This document shows positions 29,092 through 39,249 of a stretch of 64,000 nucleotides of DNA, in pieces. Positions within the stretch are counted from its first letter, which is position 1; each line of letters opens with the position of its first letter. The position numbers and the translations under genes are program-made. This DNA comes from a candidate division WOR-3 bacterium (lineage in GTDB: Bacteria; Hydrothermota; Tepidihabitantia; Tepidihabitantales; Tepidihabitantaceae): contig CBFGKH010000010.1 of the NCBI GenBank assembly GCA_965649295.1, positions 18,054-82,053 on the forward strand, in the 5' to 3' direction. The notes beneath the pieces are model-generated. The model did not search any database. It was not told the origin of the DNA and worked only from the letters and a program-made list of their open reading frames with translations.

Positions 29092-29934
29092 ATGAGATTC
29101 GGCAGCTTTGAACTGATCTCCCTGAATGATGGCTTCTTTGGTCTTGATGGTGGCGCGATGTTCGGGGTAGTACCTAGACCGATCTGGCAGAAGCTCAGCC
29201 CGCCCGATGAACTCAACCGCATCCGTCTCGCCCTACGTCCACTGTTGGTAGTCACAACAACTGAACGCATCCTTATCGAAACTGGAATCGGCGACAAGGG
29301 TGACTCTAAGTTCAATGACATCTACCGAATCGAGAAGCCAGACAATCTGAAGGCTTCGCTAGCCCGCGCTGGTTTTGCTCCAGCCGATATCACCAAGGTT
29401 GTACTGACCCATTTGCACTTCGACCATTGTGGTGGATCAACCGAACGCGACACGTCGGGCAATCTGCGGCCAACATTCCCCAAGGCCCGCTACTATGTTC
29501 ACCAAGCTGAGTGGGAACTGGCATTGAACCCAAATCGCCGCTCGCGCGCAGCCTATCTGCCGGAAAACTTCTTGCCGCTGCGGGAGCATGGGCAACTGGA
29601 GTTAGTGACTGGCGACCGCGAACTTGTTCCGGGCATCGAACTGGTCCGCGTCGGCGGTCACACCCCCGGTATGATGCTCCCTTTCATCCGTACCAGTGGC
29701 AGCACCGCCTTGTACTGGTCTGACTTGCTACCCACAAAGGCGCATGTTGCCACACCTTACATAATGGGGTATGATTTGTTACCGCTCGAGACAATGGAAC
29801 AGAAAGAACGCTTGGTCGAAAGGGCAGTTACCGAACAATGGCTCTGCTTCCCAGGTCATGATACCGAATTTGCCTGCGGTAGGCTGGGCATCACTGACGG
29901 CAGGCCCGCGCTGGTTCCGTTGACCGAGCACTAA
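29092..29934 (+). CDS. MBL-fold metallo-hydrolase (YtnP-like)
   Basis: LDGGAMFGVVPRPIW, THLHFDHCGG, GHTPG, GHD. Confidence 0.88.
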   Translation: MRFGSFELISLNDGFFGLDGGAMFGVVPRPIWQKLSPPDELNRIRLALRPLLVVTTTERILIETGIGDKGDSKFNDIYRIEKPDNLKASLARAGFAPADITKVVLTHLHFDHCGGSTERDTSGNLRPTFPKARYYVHQAEWELALNPNRRSRAAYLPENFLPLREHGQLELVTGDRELVPGIELVRVGGHTPGMMLPFIRTSGSTALYWSDLLPTKAHVATPYIMGYDLLPLETMEQKERLVERAVTEQWLCFPGHDTEFACGRLGITDGRPALVPLTEH

Positions 29935-29969
29935 GTGTCTGAAGGGATGCTATTTGATTGGAGGAGCTG

Positions 29970-31844
29970 ATGGTCAAAACCGACTGGCGTGACAAGTATA
30001 AGGCCAAGATCAAAACCGCCACCCAAGCCCTGGATGTGCTCCGACCGGGGCACCGACTATTCATTGGCTCAGCCTGCGGCACACCGCAGAAACTTGTCCA
30101 GGCTCTTGCCGACTGCCCGACCGAGGATGTCGAGATAACCCATCTGCTTACGCTCGGCGTCGCCCCCTATGCCCAGGAGAAACTCGCCAGTCGCTATCGC
30201 GCAAATGCCTTCTTCATCAGCGCCAATGTCCGGCCTGCTGTTTGGGAGGGTCGTGCCGACTACACGCCCATCTTCCTGTCGGAAATCCCGGCACTGTTCA
30301 AGAGCGGCAGGCTACCCATTGACGTTGCACTGATTCATGTGACTCCTCCCGATGAGCACGGATTTTGCAGCTATGGGGTGTCGGTTGACATAACTAAACC
30401 AGCTGCCGAGTCAGCTCGCTACGTCATTGCTGAAGTGAATCCGCAGATGCCACGCACGCTTGGCAACAGCTTCATTCATATCGATGAAATAGACTGCCTG
30501 GTCGAGAACGACGCACCACTCTACGAGTTCATAACGCCGGGCGAGAGCGAGGTCGCTCGCCGGATTGCCAAGAACGTGGCCGACCTGATCGAAGATGGTT
30601 CAACTATCCAGGTTGGCTACGGCGGCATTCCGAATGCGTTGCTGTCCTATCTCAAGGACAAGCGTGACCTTGGTGTCCACACCGAGGTGTTTTCAGATTC
30701 GGTAATTGACCTGATCGAGGCCGGTGTTATCAACAACCGCCGCAAGACGCTCCATCCGGGCAAAGTGGTCGCATCGTTCGCCATGGGCAGCCAGCGACTG
30801 TTCGACTACATCGACAATAACCCAATGTTTGAGTTCCATCCGGTCGACTACACGAACGACCCCTTTATCATTAGCCAGAACGACAAGATGGTCTCGATCA
30901 ATTCAGCACTCGAAGTGGACCTTACCGGGCAAGTCTGTGCTGATTCAATCGGTTACCACTTCTATTCCGGTATCGGCGGACAAGTTGACTTTGTACGCGG
31001 TGCAGCTCGCGCTCACGACGGCAAGGCAATTATCGTTCTCCGCTCAACCCGCGATAACGACCGCTATTCCCGAATCGTACCAACTCTTACTGAAGGTGCT
31101 GGAGTCGTAACCTCCCGCGGCGACGTCCACTATGTCGTTACCGAATGGGGTGTTGCCTATCTCCACGGCAAGTCAATCCGTGAAAGGGCGCTTGCCCTAA
31201 TCTCAATCGCCCATCCCAAGTTCCGGGCCGAGCTGTTCAAGCTGGCCAAGGACAAACACTACATCTACGCCGACCAACCCGAACTACCCCTGGTTCATGC
31301 TCGCTATCCAGAAGAATTCGAAGCTCCCGCAACAATGAAGGACGGCACGCCAATCTTCCTCCGGCCGATCAAGCCGACCGACGAACCAGCGATGCGTGAA
31401 CTATTCTACTCCTTTTCCAAAGACACTGTCTTCTACCGGTTCTTCAGCTATCTCAAAGCGATGCCCCACGAGAAACTATCCAAGTTCGTCAACGTTGACT
31501 ACGAATCGGAAATGGCGATTGTCGCCGTCCTCAAACAAGCTGGTGAGGAACACATCATCGGCTCGGCACGGTACTATGTTGACCGCGCCACTGGCCTAGC
31601 CGAATACGCGATCGAGGTGCGGGACGATTTCCAGAACAAAGGCGTCGGCAACGCGCTCTTTAGCCATCTCATCCGCATCGCCAAGATGAAAGGCATCAAG
31701 GGTTTTGTCGGCTACGTTCTCGACTCCAATACTCGTGCCTACCGCCTGATGACTCGCACCGGCTACCCGATCGAAACAAAGTGGGAAGACGGCGTTTACA
31801 CGTTGACGATGCGCTGGTCAGACCAGACAACCAAATCCAAGTAA
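29970..31844 (+). CDS. Acetyl-CoA hydrolase / 4-hydroxybutyrate CoA-transferase fused to a C-terminal GNAT domain
   Basis: PDEHGFCSYG, GVHTE (catalytic Glu), EVDLTGQV, SGIGGQVDF; GNAT part VFYRFF...AEYAIEVRDDFQNKGVG. GGAGG RBS before ATG 29970. Confidence 0.88.
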   Translation: MVKTDWRDKYKAKIKTATQALDVLRPGHRLFIGSACGTPQKLVQALADCPTEDVEITHLLTLGVAPYAQEKLASRYRANAFFISANVRPAVWEGRADYTPIFLSEIPALFKSGRLPIDVALIHVTPPDEHGFCSYGVSVDITKPAAESARYVIAEVNPQMPRTLGNSFIHIDEIDCLVENDAPLYEFITPGESEVARRIAKNVADLIEDGSTIQVGYGGIPNALLSYLKDKRDLGVHTEVFSDSVIDLIEAGVINNRRKTLHPGKVVASFAMGSQRLFDYIDNNPMFEFHPVDYTNDPFIISQNDKMVSINSALEVDLTGQVCADSIGYHFYSGIGGQVDFVRGAARAHDGKAIIVLRSTRDNDRYSRIVPTLTEGAGVVTSRGDVHYVVTEWGVAYLHGKSIRERALALISIAHPKFRAELFKLAKDKHYIYADQPELPLVHARYPEEFEAPATMKDGTPIFLRPIKPTDEPAMRELFYSFSKDTVFYRFFSYLKAMPHEKLSKFVNVDYESEMAIVAVLKQAGEEHIIGSARYYVDRATGLAEYAIEVRDDFQNKGVGNALFSHLIRIAKMKGIKGFVGYVLDSNTRAYRLMTRTGYPIETKWEDGVYTLTMRWSDQTTKSK

Positions 31845-31856
31845 GGGCGTCGCACT

Positions 31857-33989
31857 ATGGAAAGTAGCAACCTCGATTGTATCTTCCGCCCGAAATCGGT
31901 TGCAGTTATTGGCGCATCCAACCGTGAAGGATCAGTCGGCCGAGCCCTTTTCGCCAACATTCTGATGAATGGTTACACCGGTGTCGTCTATCCTGTAAAT
32001 ATGACTGCCAAGAGCGTGCTCGGCGTCAAGGCCTATGAGTCGGTCCTACAGGTACCAGACGAAGTCGAACTTGCCGTTCTCATCGTACCGGCCTTGGCAG
32101 TTCCGGCAACTCTGGCCGAGTGTGGCCAAAAGAAAGTAAAAGGCGCTGTTGTCATTTCCGCCGGTTTCAAAGAACTCGGCCCCAGCGGTGCCCAGCTCGA
32201 ACAAGCGGTCCGTGACCGCGCTCGCAAGTGGGGCATCCGTCTCATTGGACCCAACTGTTTTGGCGTAATTGACGGCAGTCCTCAGGTCAGACTCAACGCA
32301 ACGTTTGGGCGGTCAATGCCGACCTTCGGTAACATTGCTCTCGTCTCTCAATCCGGAGCAATTGGCGTCAATGCTCTGGAATATGCGATCGCCGAAGAAG
32401 TCGGACTGTCGAAGTTTGCTTCCATCGGCAACAAGGCTGACATCAACGAAAACGACTTACTCGCCTACCTGCGCGACGACCCTGAAACCGATGTCATCAT
32501 GCTCTATCTCGAAGACCTGGTGAACCCAGCCGAGTTCCTGCGCATCGCCCGCGAGACCACATCGCATCCTCAGAAACCAAAACCGATACTTGCCATCAAG
32601 GCTGGTCGCACCAGCGAGGGGGCTCGTGCTGCCAGTTCACATACCGGTGCCTTGGCCGGCTCAGATGAAGCCTACAATGCCTTTTTTGCTCAAGCCCGCA
32701 TCCTCCGTGTCGAAACGATCAATGAACTCTTCGCCAAGGCGGCAGCGCTCGCGTATCAACCACGGCCGCGTGGTCGCCGCGTTGCAATTCTGACCAACGC
32801 TGGCGGCGTCGGAATAATGGCTACCGACGCGGCTGTGCGCTATGGTCTTGAACTCGCCAAGCTAAGTGACAAGACCCGTGCCGAGCTGAAGAAGCACCTG
32901 CCGGTCACTGCCGCAACTGCCAACCCGGTTGATGTCATCGGTGACGCCGATGCCAAACGTTATCGCACCGCCCTTGAGCTGCTCGTTGCCGATGAGAATG
33001 TTGACGGGCTGATACCCATCTGGACTCCGACGTTGATGGCCGAGTCAACCGAAATCGCTGGCATCATTGCTGACGTCGGCCAGAAGTCCGACAAGCCAAT
33101 CCTCGCTTGCGTCCAGACGATGATGGGTTCAGAACAGGTACGCCGGCAACTTTTGCGCGACCGCATCCCTCACTACCAGTTCCCCGAAAACGCAGCCCGG
33201 GCAATGGCAGCGATGGCCGAATTCAGCGAGTGGAGTCGCCGACCGCAAGGTGAGGTCCGCCACTTTGAACATACCAATCCGGAAACAGTGCGTGCGATCA
33301 TTGCTCGCGCCCGTGAACGCGGCGGCAAGAACCCGGCCTTCGTTTCCGAACCAGAAGGGCATGAGATCCTACGCGCCTACGGAATGCCAGTACCGCCATC
33401 ACGGCTGACCAAAAGCGCCGATGAAGCGATTGGATTTGCTCGTGAAATCGGTTACCCAGTCGTCATCAAGATAGTCTCGCCGCAGATTCTGCACAAGACC
33501 GATGTCGGCGGGGTGCGCGTCGGCATTACCGACGACGACAGCCTAAGCAAGGAATACGCCGGCCTGCTCGAAGCAGTCAAGCTGCGCAAACCGGATGCAG
33601 AGGTCTGGGGAGTCGTCGTCCAGAAGATGGTTCCCAAGGGCACCGAGACTATTATCGGAATGAAGCGTGACCCCAGCTTCGGACCGTTACTGATGTTCGG
33701 CCTCGGTGGTATTTTGGTCGAGGTGCTCAAAGACGTGATGTTTCGAGTGGCGCCTGTCAATGACCTATCGGTAGAATCGATGGTCACCGGCATCAAGGCC
33801 GCGAAGATACTCCAGGGTTATCGCGGTGAACCACCGCGTGACGTGCCAGCAATCAAAGAAGCCATTCAACGGCTCTCACAGCTTGTAACCGACTTCAAGG
33901 ACTTTGACGAAATTGACATCAATCCGTTGATGGTCTACGAAGTCGGCAAGGGCGCCGCAGTTCTCGACGCTAGATTCCTGATCCGCTAG
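31857..33989 (+). CDS. ADP-forming acetate/acyl-CoA ligase (fused alpha-beta ACD)
   Basis: PKSVAVIGAS, ISAGF, GPNC, SQSGA, ASSHTGALAG (phospho-His), ATP-grasp HKTDVGGV, DINP. Confidence 0.9.
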   Translation: MESSNLDCIFRPKSVAVIGASNREGSVGRALFANILMNGYTGVVYPVNMTAKSVLGVKAYESVLQVPDEVELAVLIVPALAVPATLAECGQKKVKGAVVISAGFKELGPSGAQLEQAVRDRARKWGIRLIGPNCFGVIDGSPQVRLNATFGRSMPTFGNIALVSQSGAIGVNALEYAIAEEVGLSKFASIGNKADINENDLLAYLRDDPETDVIMLYLEDLVNPAEFLRIARETTSHPQKPKPILAIKAGRTSEGARAASSHTGALAGSDEAYNAFFAQARILRVETINELFAKAAALAYQPRPRGRRVAILTNAGGVGIMATDAAVRYGLELAKLSDKTRAELKKHLPVTAATANPVDVIGDADAKRYRTALELLVADENVDGLIPIWTPTLMAESTEIAGIIADVGQKSDKPILACVQTMMGSEQVRRQLLRDRIPHYQFPENAARAMAAMAEFSEWSRRPQGEVRHFEHTNPETVRAIIARARERGGKNPAFVSEPEGHEILRAYGMPVPPSRLTKSADEAIGFAREIGYPVVIKIVSPQILHKTDVGGVRVGITDDDSLSKEYAGLLEAVKLRKPDAEVWGVVVQKMVPKGTETIIGMKRDPSFGPLLMFGLGGILVEVLKDVMFRVAPVNDLSVESMVTGIKAAKILQGYRGEPPRDVPAIKEAIQRLSQLVTDFKDFDEIDINPLMVYEVGKGAAVLDARFLIR

Positions 33990-34113
33990 TCCACTACTCC
34001 TGCCGGCCACAAAGCGACGAGGCCGAGCAGAAAATGCCCGGCCCCGTACCAATCGCGCCCGAAGCGCGATGTTCAGCACTAACCCGTACCCCCTGGGTGC
34101 TCTGTGGTGCTGA

Positions 34114-34186
34114 TGGAGCTGACCAGAGTCGAACTGGCGACCCCCTGCTTGCAAAGCAGGTGCTCTCCCAACTGAGCTACAGCCCC
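34114..34186 (-). tRNA. tRNA-Ala(UGC)
   Basis: GGGGCTGTAGCTCAGTTGGGAGAGC...TTTGCAA...GTTCGA...CAGCTCCA; G3-U70 present; CCA not encoded. Confidence 0.97.
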
Positions 34187-34294
34187 GGATGTATTCGTCT
34201 GCCTGAATCTTAGTCTGCCAAGCGATTATGGTCAAGCTACTCGGTTCGACGTCTGGAAGTTGACTCAATACCGTCCGTGATTAGATTGATTCTA

Positions 34295-35251
34295 ATGGCA
34301 GACCCGACCGCAGTTCAGCTGCGCAAAGAACGCGGCGTCACCATCTGGGGAATGGTGGTCAACCTCCTTCTCAGCGTGGGCAAGATTGCTGTCGGGCTGC
34401 TTGCCCGTTCGAGCGCAATTGTTGCGGATGGCCTACACAGCGCTTCTGACTTAGCCAGCGACATCGCCGTCCTCTGGGGAATTCATGCGGCCAAACAACC
34501 GGCGGACGATGACCACCACTATGGTCACGCACGCTACGAACCAATAGTCACACTCTTTGTCGGTGTTTTGCTTATTGCCGCGGCACTTGTCGTCGGCATT
34601 GAAGCAGTCGCGACCATTGGCCAACGTCATGCCGGCATTGCCAATTGGTGGCCATTCTGGCTTGCCATCGCCTCAATCGTTGTCAAAGAGTCACTCTACT
34701 GGTGGACAAGGTCCGTCGGTCGCCGTTTCCGCAACCCGGCGCTACTGGCCAACGCTTGGCATCATCGGTCAGATGCCTTCTCGTCAGTCGCAGCTGCGAT
34801 TGGCATCGGCGGCACATTGCTCGGCGGCGCACGATGGGCATTTCTCGATCATCTCACCGCAGTTGTGCTGGCGGCGTTCCTTGTTGTTATCGGCATCCGT
34901 ATCTGTCGCGACTCATTACGCCGGCTCTCTGATCGAGCGCCCGACCCAGCGGCAGTCCGTCAACTCCAAGACACCATCCGCCAGATTCCCGGAGTCATCG
35001 ATTTCCATGCCCTGCGGGCACGCCACGCCGGCGCCGGCGACCTAATTGAAATGGACGTTCATGTCCAAGTTGACCCTAACCTGACCGTCCATGCTGGCCA
35101 TCTCATCGCCACAGCGGTTGAGGAACAGCTCTATGCCAGCAACGCTGATGTTGCCAACGTCGTTGTCCACATCGAACCCGCCGCGGCCGAAGCCGCGAGC
35201 CTAGAAGCGCCCGCCAATACCGAAAAGCGGAATAAAAGGAATACCGGTTGA
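34295..35251 (+). CDS. Cation diffusion facilitator (FieF/CzcD-like)
   Basis: ADGLHSASD, HHYGHARYE, NAWHHRSDA, VHIEP. Start ATG 34295 lies 7 nt after TTGACT-16-TAGATT. Confidence 0.9.
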   Translation: MADPTAVQLRKERGVTIWGMVVNLLLSVGKIAVGLLARSSAIVADGLHSASDLASDIAVLWGIHAAKQPADDDHHYGHARYEPIVTLFVGVLLIAAALVVGIEAVATIGQRHAGIANWWPFWLAIASIVVKESLYWWTRSVGRRFRNPALLANAWHHRSDAFSSVAAAIGIGGTLLGGARWAFLDHLTAVVLAAFLVVIGIRICRDSLRRLSDRAPDPAAVRQLQDTIRQIPGVIDFHALRARHAGAGDLIEMDVHVQVDPNLTVHAGHLIATAVEEQLYASNADVANVVVHIEPAAAEAASLEAPANTEKRNKRNTG

Positions 35252-37399
35252 CTGACCGGTGATAATACGACCGTCACGATCCTCAAACTGCACCAGATAG
35301 TAGGCATTCTGGCGATTATAGACGTTGAGAATCTCCAAGTAGATATGAGGTCGCAGAGGCAACTTAGGTAAGTCACGCCGCAGCTTCAGGTCCAGCCGGT
35401 GATACAGCGGAACGCGAGCCGAATTCTTCTCACCGACGATCACGTGTCGTGAAGTGCCCCGGTTCAGGTCAGCATTACCGACACGCTCCTGCGGGGACTG
35501 AGTGTATAGCAGCGGCGTGTACGGCACACCGCTGTTGAGGTTGAAAGTACCGGACAGTGTCCAACCACTGCCCAAGTCCTTCTCCACCGACAACCCAAAC
35601 TGGTGGCGCCGATCATTGCGGTCCCAATAGAGCATCGTGTCAGTACCCTGCTGCTTGCGAGTTGCTGCCAGTGTATAGCTCAACCAGCCGCTCCAGCCAT
35701 TGACCGGCCCCTGCTCGAGTGTTAGCTCCATCCCGCGAGCAAAACCTCGGCCCGCATTGCCAACTCCGTCTATTCGACCTTGGTCACTAGCCCGCCAGGT
35801 CGGCAACCGCTCGTACTCCTTAAGATATAAATCAACGGTCAGCCGCGTGCGTTCAAACAGCCGCAGTTCACTTCCGAGCGAATAATGGTCGGCCAGTTTT
35901 GCGCCGAGCAAGCCATTCTCAAAAAGCTGATAACTCTCATACTCCCGGTCAAAGACAAAAGCAGCACACGAACTCCGCAAGAAACTGTAGGAGTGCTGAA
36001 AGTGCCGCCGATACCCGGCCCGCAGCGTGATTCGATCACGCACGAACACACTAAGTACGGCACGCGGCGACAGTACCTGATCCTCTGCCCAGCGAACATT
36101 CTCATAACGCAATCCGAAGTCTAACCGCGCCAAGGGCAGCGGCTGAAATCCTAGCGAACCGTAAAACGCGTAGCCATTGTCACTTCTCAGTAGAACGGTC
36201 GGCTTCATCAAATTGCCCCGATAGGTCTGACGACTGAGTTCACCACCGAATGCGGTTGTCATGAGCGGGCCCACCGGCATTGTCACTCCAACGCGCACCC
36301 CGTACTCATGCTGTCGAGTCACGGCCGTACCCCACCAGACTGCTGGCGTCAGCACGAAGTCGTGGGTATTCGAAAAGAGCGTCGCCAAGGACGTTCCCTT
36401 GCCCAGTCTTGACTCAATCGTCGCACCCAACGAAAAGCCAGACTCGGTCATTTCCGTTGGAATCCCACGCAGCGTGGATGTGATGTGGTCAGAACCCTGG
36501 ACCGCTGTGGCTCTCAGCCGACTGCTTTGTCCCAACGGCAGACCCACCTGACCGGTGAAATCCGAATAGCTCGGCCGATTGTAGGTACCACCGCCGATTG
36601 GTCCGAACAACACGTTGTAGTACGTCCGCCGCACCGAGCCAAGGAAACCGATGTCTGCCAGATTCCCGACATAGGCCGCTTTGAGATTAAGCGGGTCATA
36701 GGCCCAGAAACCCTCGTTCTGCTCCTGCTCCTTGGGCCGCATCACCGCGATGCTTGACAAGACTCCTCCATACTCCGTCGGCAGCACACTGGGATAGAAC
36801 GATATCTTGCCAACGATGTCGGGATTGATGACAGAAGAAAAACCCAGCAGATGATATGGCCAGAGTAGCTCGAGGTCGCCCAGCCAAACTGAGCTCTCAT
36901 CAGGGTCACCGCCCCTTACAACATAGGCACCGCTCCACTCTCCCCGCGAGCTCGCTGCCACGCCGGGCAAGAACGACAACGAACGAATCGGGTCCTGCAC
37001 GAACCCGCCGGCCTGACGTTCGAGCCGCTGCGCTGGTATCTCGCGCACTGTCAATTTCTCCTCAGCCTCGCGCCTTGCCGACCTCGTCCGTACCTCCGGC
37101 ATCGGAATCACTTTGGGTGTAAGTGACAGCACTTGCCGAGATGTGTAGTCGGCGAACACCTCGACCACGGTTGTCTCGGACTCATAGGCAATGTGACTTG
37201 CAACCAGCCGATACCTGCCCGGCGCCAGCGGCCCAAGCACAAAAGTACCGTTGTCAGCGGTAGCAGCACCAAGACTGCTGCCGACAATTGTGAGGCTTGC
37301 GCCCGCGATGGGCGCTCCGTTCAGCCGGTCTTCAACGCGGCCACTCAAGAGGCCGGTCGCGCCAGCCGCCAAAATGATTGTAATGAGACTAGCGAACAA
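35201..37399 (-). CDS. TonB-dependent outer-membrane receptor with an N-terminal carboxypeptidase-regulatory-like domain
   Basis: Signal peptide, SGRVED...PIAGA, plug motifs LPGV...VVRGG and PTEYGGVLSS, barrel strands, terminal Phe (GIGGRF). Confidence 0.85.
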   Translation of the reverse strand: MFASLITIILAAGATGLLSGRVEDRLNGAPIAGASLTIVGSSLGAATADNGTFVLGPLAPGRYRLVASHIAYESETTVVEVFADYTSRQVLSLTPKVIPMPEVRTRSARREAEEKLTVREIPAQRLERQAGGFVQDPIRSLSFLPGVAASSRGEWSGAYVVRGGDPDESSVWLGDLELLWPYHLLGFSSVINPDIVGKISFYPSVLPTEYGGVLSSIAVMRPKEQEQNEGFWAYDPLNLKAAYVGNLADIGFLGSVRRTYYNVLFGPIGGGTYNRPSYSDFTGQVGLPLGQSSRLRATAVQGSDHITSTLRGIPTEMTESGFSLGATIESRLGKGTSLATLFSNTHDFVLTPAVWWGTAVTRQHEYGVRVGVTMPVGPLMTTAFGGELSRQTYRGNLMKPTVLLRSDNGYAFYGSLGFQPLPLARLDFGLRYENVRWAEDQVLSPRAVLSVFVRDRITLRAGYRRHFQHSYSFLRSSCAAFVFDREYESYQLFENGLLGAKLADHYSLGSELRLFERTRLTVDLYLKEYERLPTWRASDQGRIDGVGNAGRGFARGMELTLEQGPVNGWSGWLSYTLAATRKQQGTDTMLYWDRNDRRHQFGLSVEKDLGSGWTLSGTFNLNSGVPYTPLLYTQSPQERVGNADLNRGTSRHVIVGEKNSARVPLYHRLDLKLRRDLPKLPLRPHIYLEILNVYNRQNAYYLVQFEDRDGRIITGQSTGIPFIPLFGIGGRF

Positions 37400-37461
37400 A
37401 CACGGTGACTACTCGATAGTGTCTCAGTCTAGCAGATTCAGTCCAATTGGTCAACTGTACG

Positions 37462-38785
37462 TGTAGCCGCAGAGCGATATTGTCATAGGGTAATGGCAAA
37501 GCGATTATGTCATACCCCGGGGTGGAAGCCGCTATGCTGGTAGCATGTCACAGCCAGCCAGCTTCTCTGAGCGAGACATGAGACGCTACAGCGTCATCCA
37601 GCAGACCATCCAGGCCGCACTCAGCACTGCCGTTGCCGCCAGGTTGCTCGACCTCAGTCGCCGCCAAGTCTTCCGTCTCAAGGCCGACGTCCGCAGACAC
37701 GGTCCCGATGGTGTCCGCCACGGCAACTGCGGCCGTACCCCGGCCAATGCCAAGCCGCAGCGTCTTCGCCGCCAGGTCGTCGATGGCTACCGTAAGGAAT
37801 GCTCCGTCTTCAACTTCGCCCACTTCACCGAGACCTTGGCCGATGAGTTTGCGATCAACCTGAGCCGCGAGACCGTCCGGGCCTGACTCCGAGCCGAATC
37901 GCTCGGTCCAAAGCAGCACCATGACCATCACCATCGCCGCTTCCGTGAGCGCAAGCCTCGCTTCGGGATGATGCTGTTCCTCGACGGCAGCCTGCATCCC
38001 TGGCTCGGCACCGATCGGCCGTCACTCACTCTCATCCTTGCCACCGATGACGCCACCGGCCGGCCCCTGCAGGGGCTCTTTGTACCCGAGGAGACACGCG
38101 ATGCCTGCTTCGAAGTGCTCCCCCACGTCTGCCGTCGCCACGGCCTGCCCGAGAGCCTCTACCTCGACCGCGCCGGCCAGTTTAACACTACCCGCCACGG
38201 CGGCACCCATGCCTTCCAGCGCGACGACAAACCCACCCATTTCGAAATCGCCATGGACCGACTCGCCGTCCAGCTCATCTTTGCCAACAGCCCCCAAGCC
38301 CGCGGCCGCGGCGAGCGGATCAACGGCACCTTTCAGGGCCGGCTGGTCGCCGAGCTGCGCCGAGCCGGCATCAGAACCGCTGCCGCTGCCACCGACTATC
38401 TCAACCGCGTCTTCATCCCCAACTACGCCCGGCGGTTCGGAGTCAAACCCCGGGACCCGGCACCCGCCTTCCTTAGGCTGCCGGCCGGTATCAACCTGCA
38501 CGCCATCCGCTGCGCCCACCACCGCCGCAACGTCGACAATGACAACACCATCAGTCTCCACGGAGCCCGCTACCAGTTGCTGCCGTCACGGCGGACCGTC
38601 CGGCTCGCCGCAACCGACGGCGACGTCCCGCAGTGGTTTGACGGCATGATCCGCGTCCGGCACGAACGGACCGAAGCGATAGCAGCCGTCCTACTGCCAG
38701 ACAGGCACATGCCGCAGTGTCGCCCAAAGCGGACTCTCTATGACGTTTCCGCTGCGGTGGCGGTATTATACGCTGCAGTTTGACA
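37462..38785 (+). mobile_element. IS1202/ISNCY-type insertion sequence (decayed)
   Basis: Both ends read TGT-N9-GCG inward. Subterminal repeats GCGATWWTGTCATA at 37474 and 37501, with an inverted related copy at 38739-38752. No clear target-site duplication. Confidence 0.7.
37545..38783 (+). pseudogene. DDE transposase with an in-frame nonsense codon at 37884-37886
   Basis: ORFs 37545-37886 and 37968-38783 are in one frame. HTH N-terminus; DDE residues in LDGSLHPW, LYLDR and ARGRGER. The TGA sits where Trp is expected (ETVRA*LR). Confidence 0.85.
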
Positions 38786-38866
38786 GAGTAGCAACCGAGG
38801 TCTATGTGCAGCGGGAGTGCCAGTTCTGGACAACTGGCAGCTGACGACTATACTTGAGCCAGTGAC

Positions 38867-38941
38867 GGTGAGTGTAGCTCAACTGGTTAGAGTACCTGAC
38901 TGTGGCTCAGGATGTTGGGGGTTCAAGTCCCCTCACTCACC
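38867..38941 (+). tRNA. tRNA-His(GUG)
   Basis: Cloverleaf with encoded G-1:C73, anticodon loop CTGTGGC, GTTCAAG T-loop. Confidence 0.96.
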
Positions 38942-39008
38942 CTTTGTCAGTCGTGCTGCGGGCAACTGTTGCAAGAACCGTTTCGCGTGCTAGAATGCAC
39001 GCCGCCAA

Positions 39009-39082
39009 GCGCCCGTAGCTCAACTGGACAGAGCGCCGGGCTTCGAACCCGTAGGCTGCGCGTTCGAGTCGCGCCGGGCGCA
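39009..39082 (+). tRNA. tRNA-Arg(UCG)
   Basis: GCGCCCG/CGGGCGC acceptor stem, anticodon loop CTTCGAA; own promoter TTGCAA-16-TAGAAT. Confidence 0.95.
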
Positions 39083-39143
39083 ATGGTGTCTTTGACACCG
39101 ACGGCCTGAAGCGCTATGATTCGCTTCGGGTCTGACAATCTGT

Positions 39144-39217
39144 GCCCCGCTAGCTCAACTTGGCAGAGCAACGGATTCTTAATCCGTGGGTTGCAAGTTC
39201 AATTCTTGCGCGGGGTA
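39144..39217 (+). tRNA. tRNA-Lys(CUU)
   Basis: GCCCCGC/GCGGGGT acceptor stem (G1-U72), anticodon loop TTCTTAA; promoter TTGACA-17-TATGAT. Confidence 0.93.
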
Positions 39218-39249
39218 TTCTCTGCTTGCCTTCTCTAAAAGGAGTCTCT

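Noticed and set aside
29092-29934. Metallo-beta-lactamase resistance gene
   Set aside because: Cytoplasmic YtnP-like signature (LDGGAMFG) and no signal peptide.
37884-37886. TGA recoding (Sec, Trp or Gly) in the transposase
   Set aside because: TGA is a normal stop in many genes here (TGATG overlaps); a TGG-to-TGA mutation in a decaying IS is simpler.
33876-39249. ORFs 33876-34268, 38912-39109, 38947-39171 and the 39160 start
   Set aside because: They are translations across tRNA genes.
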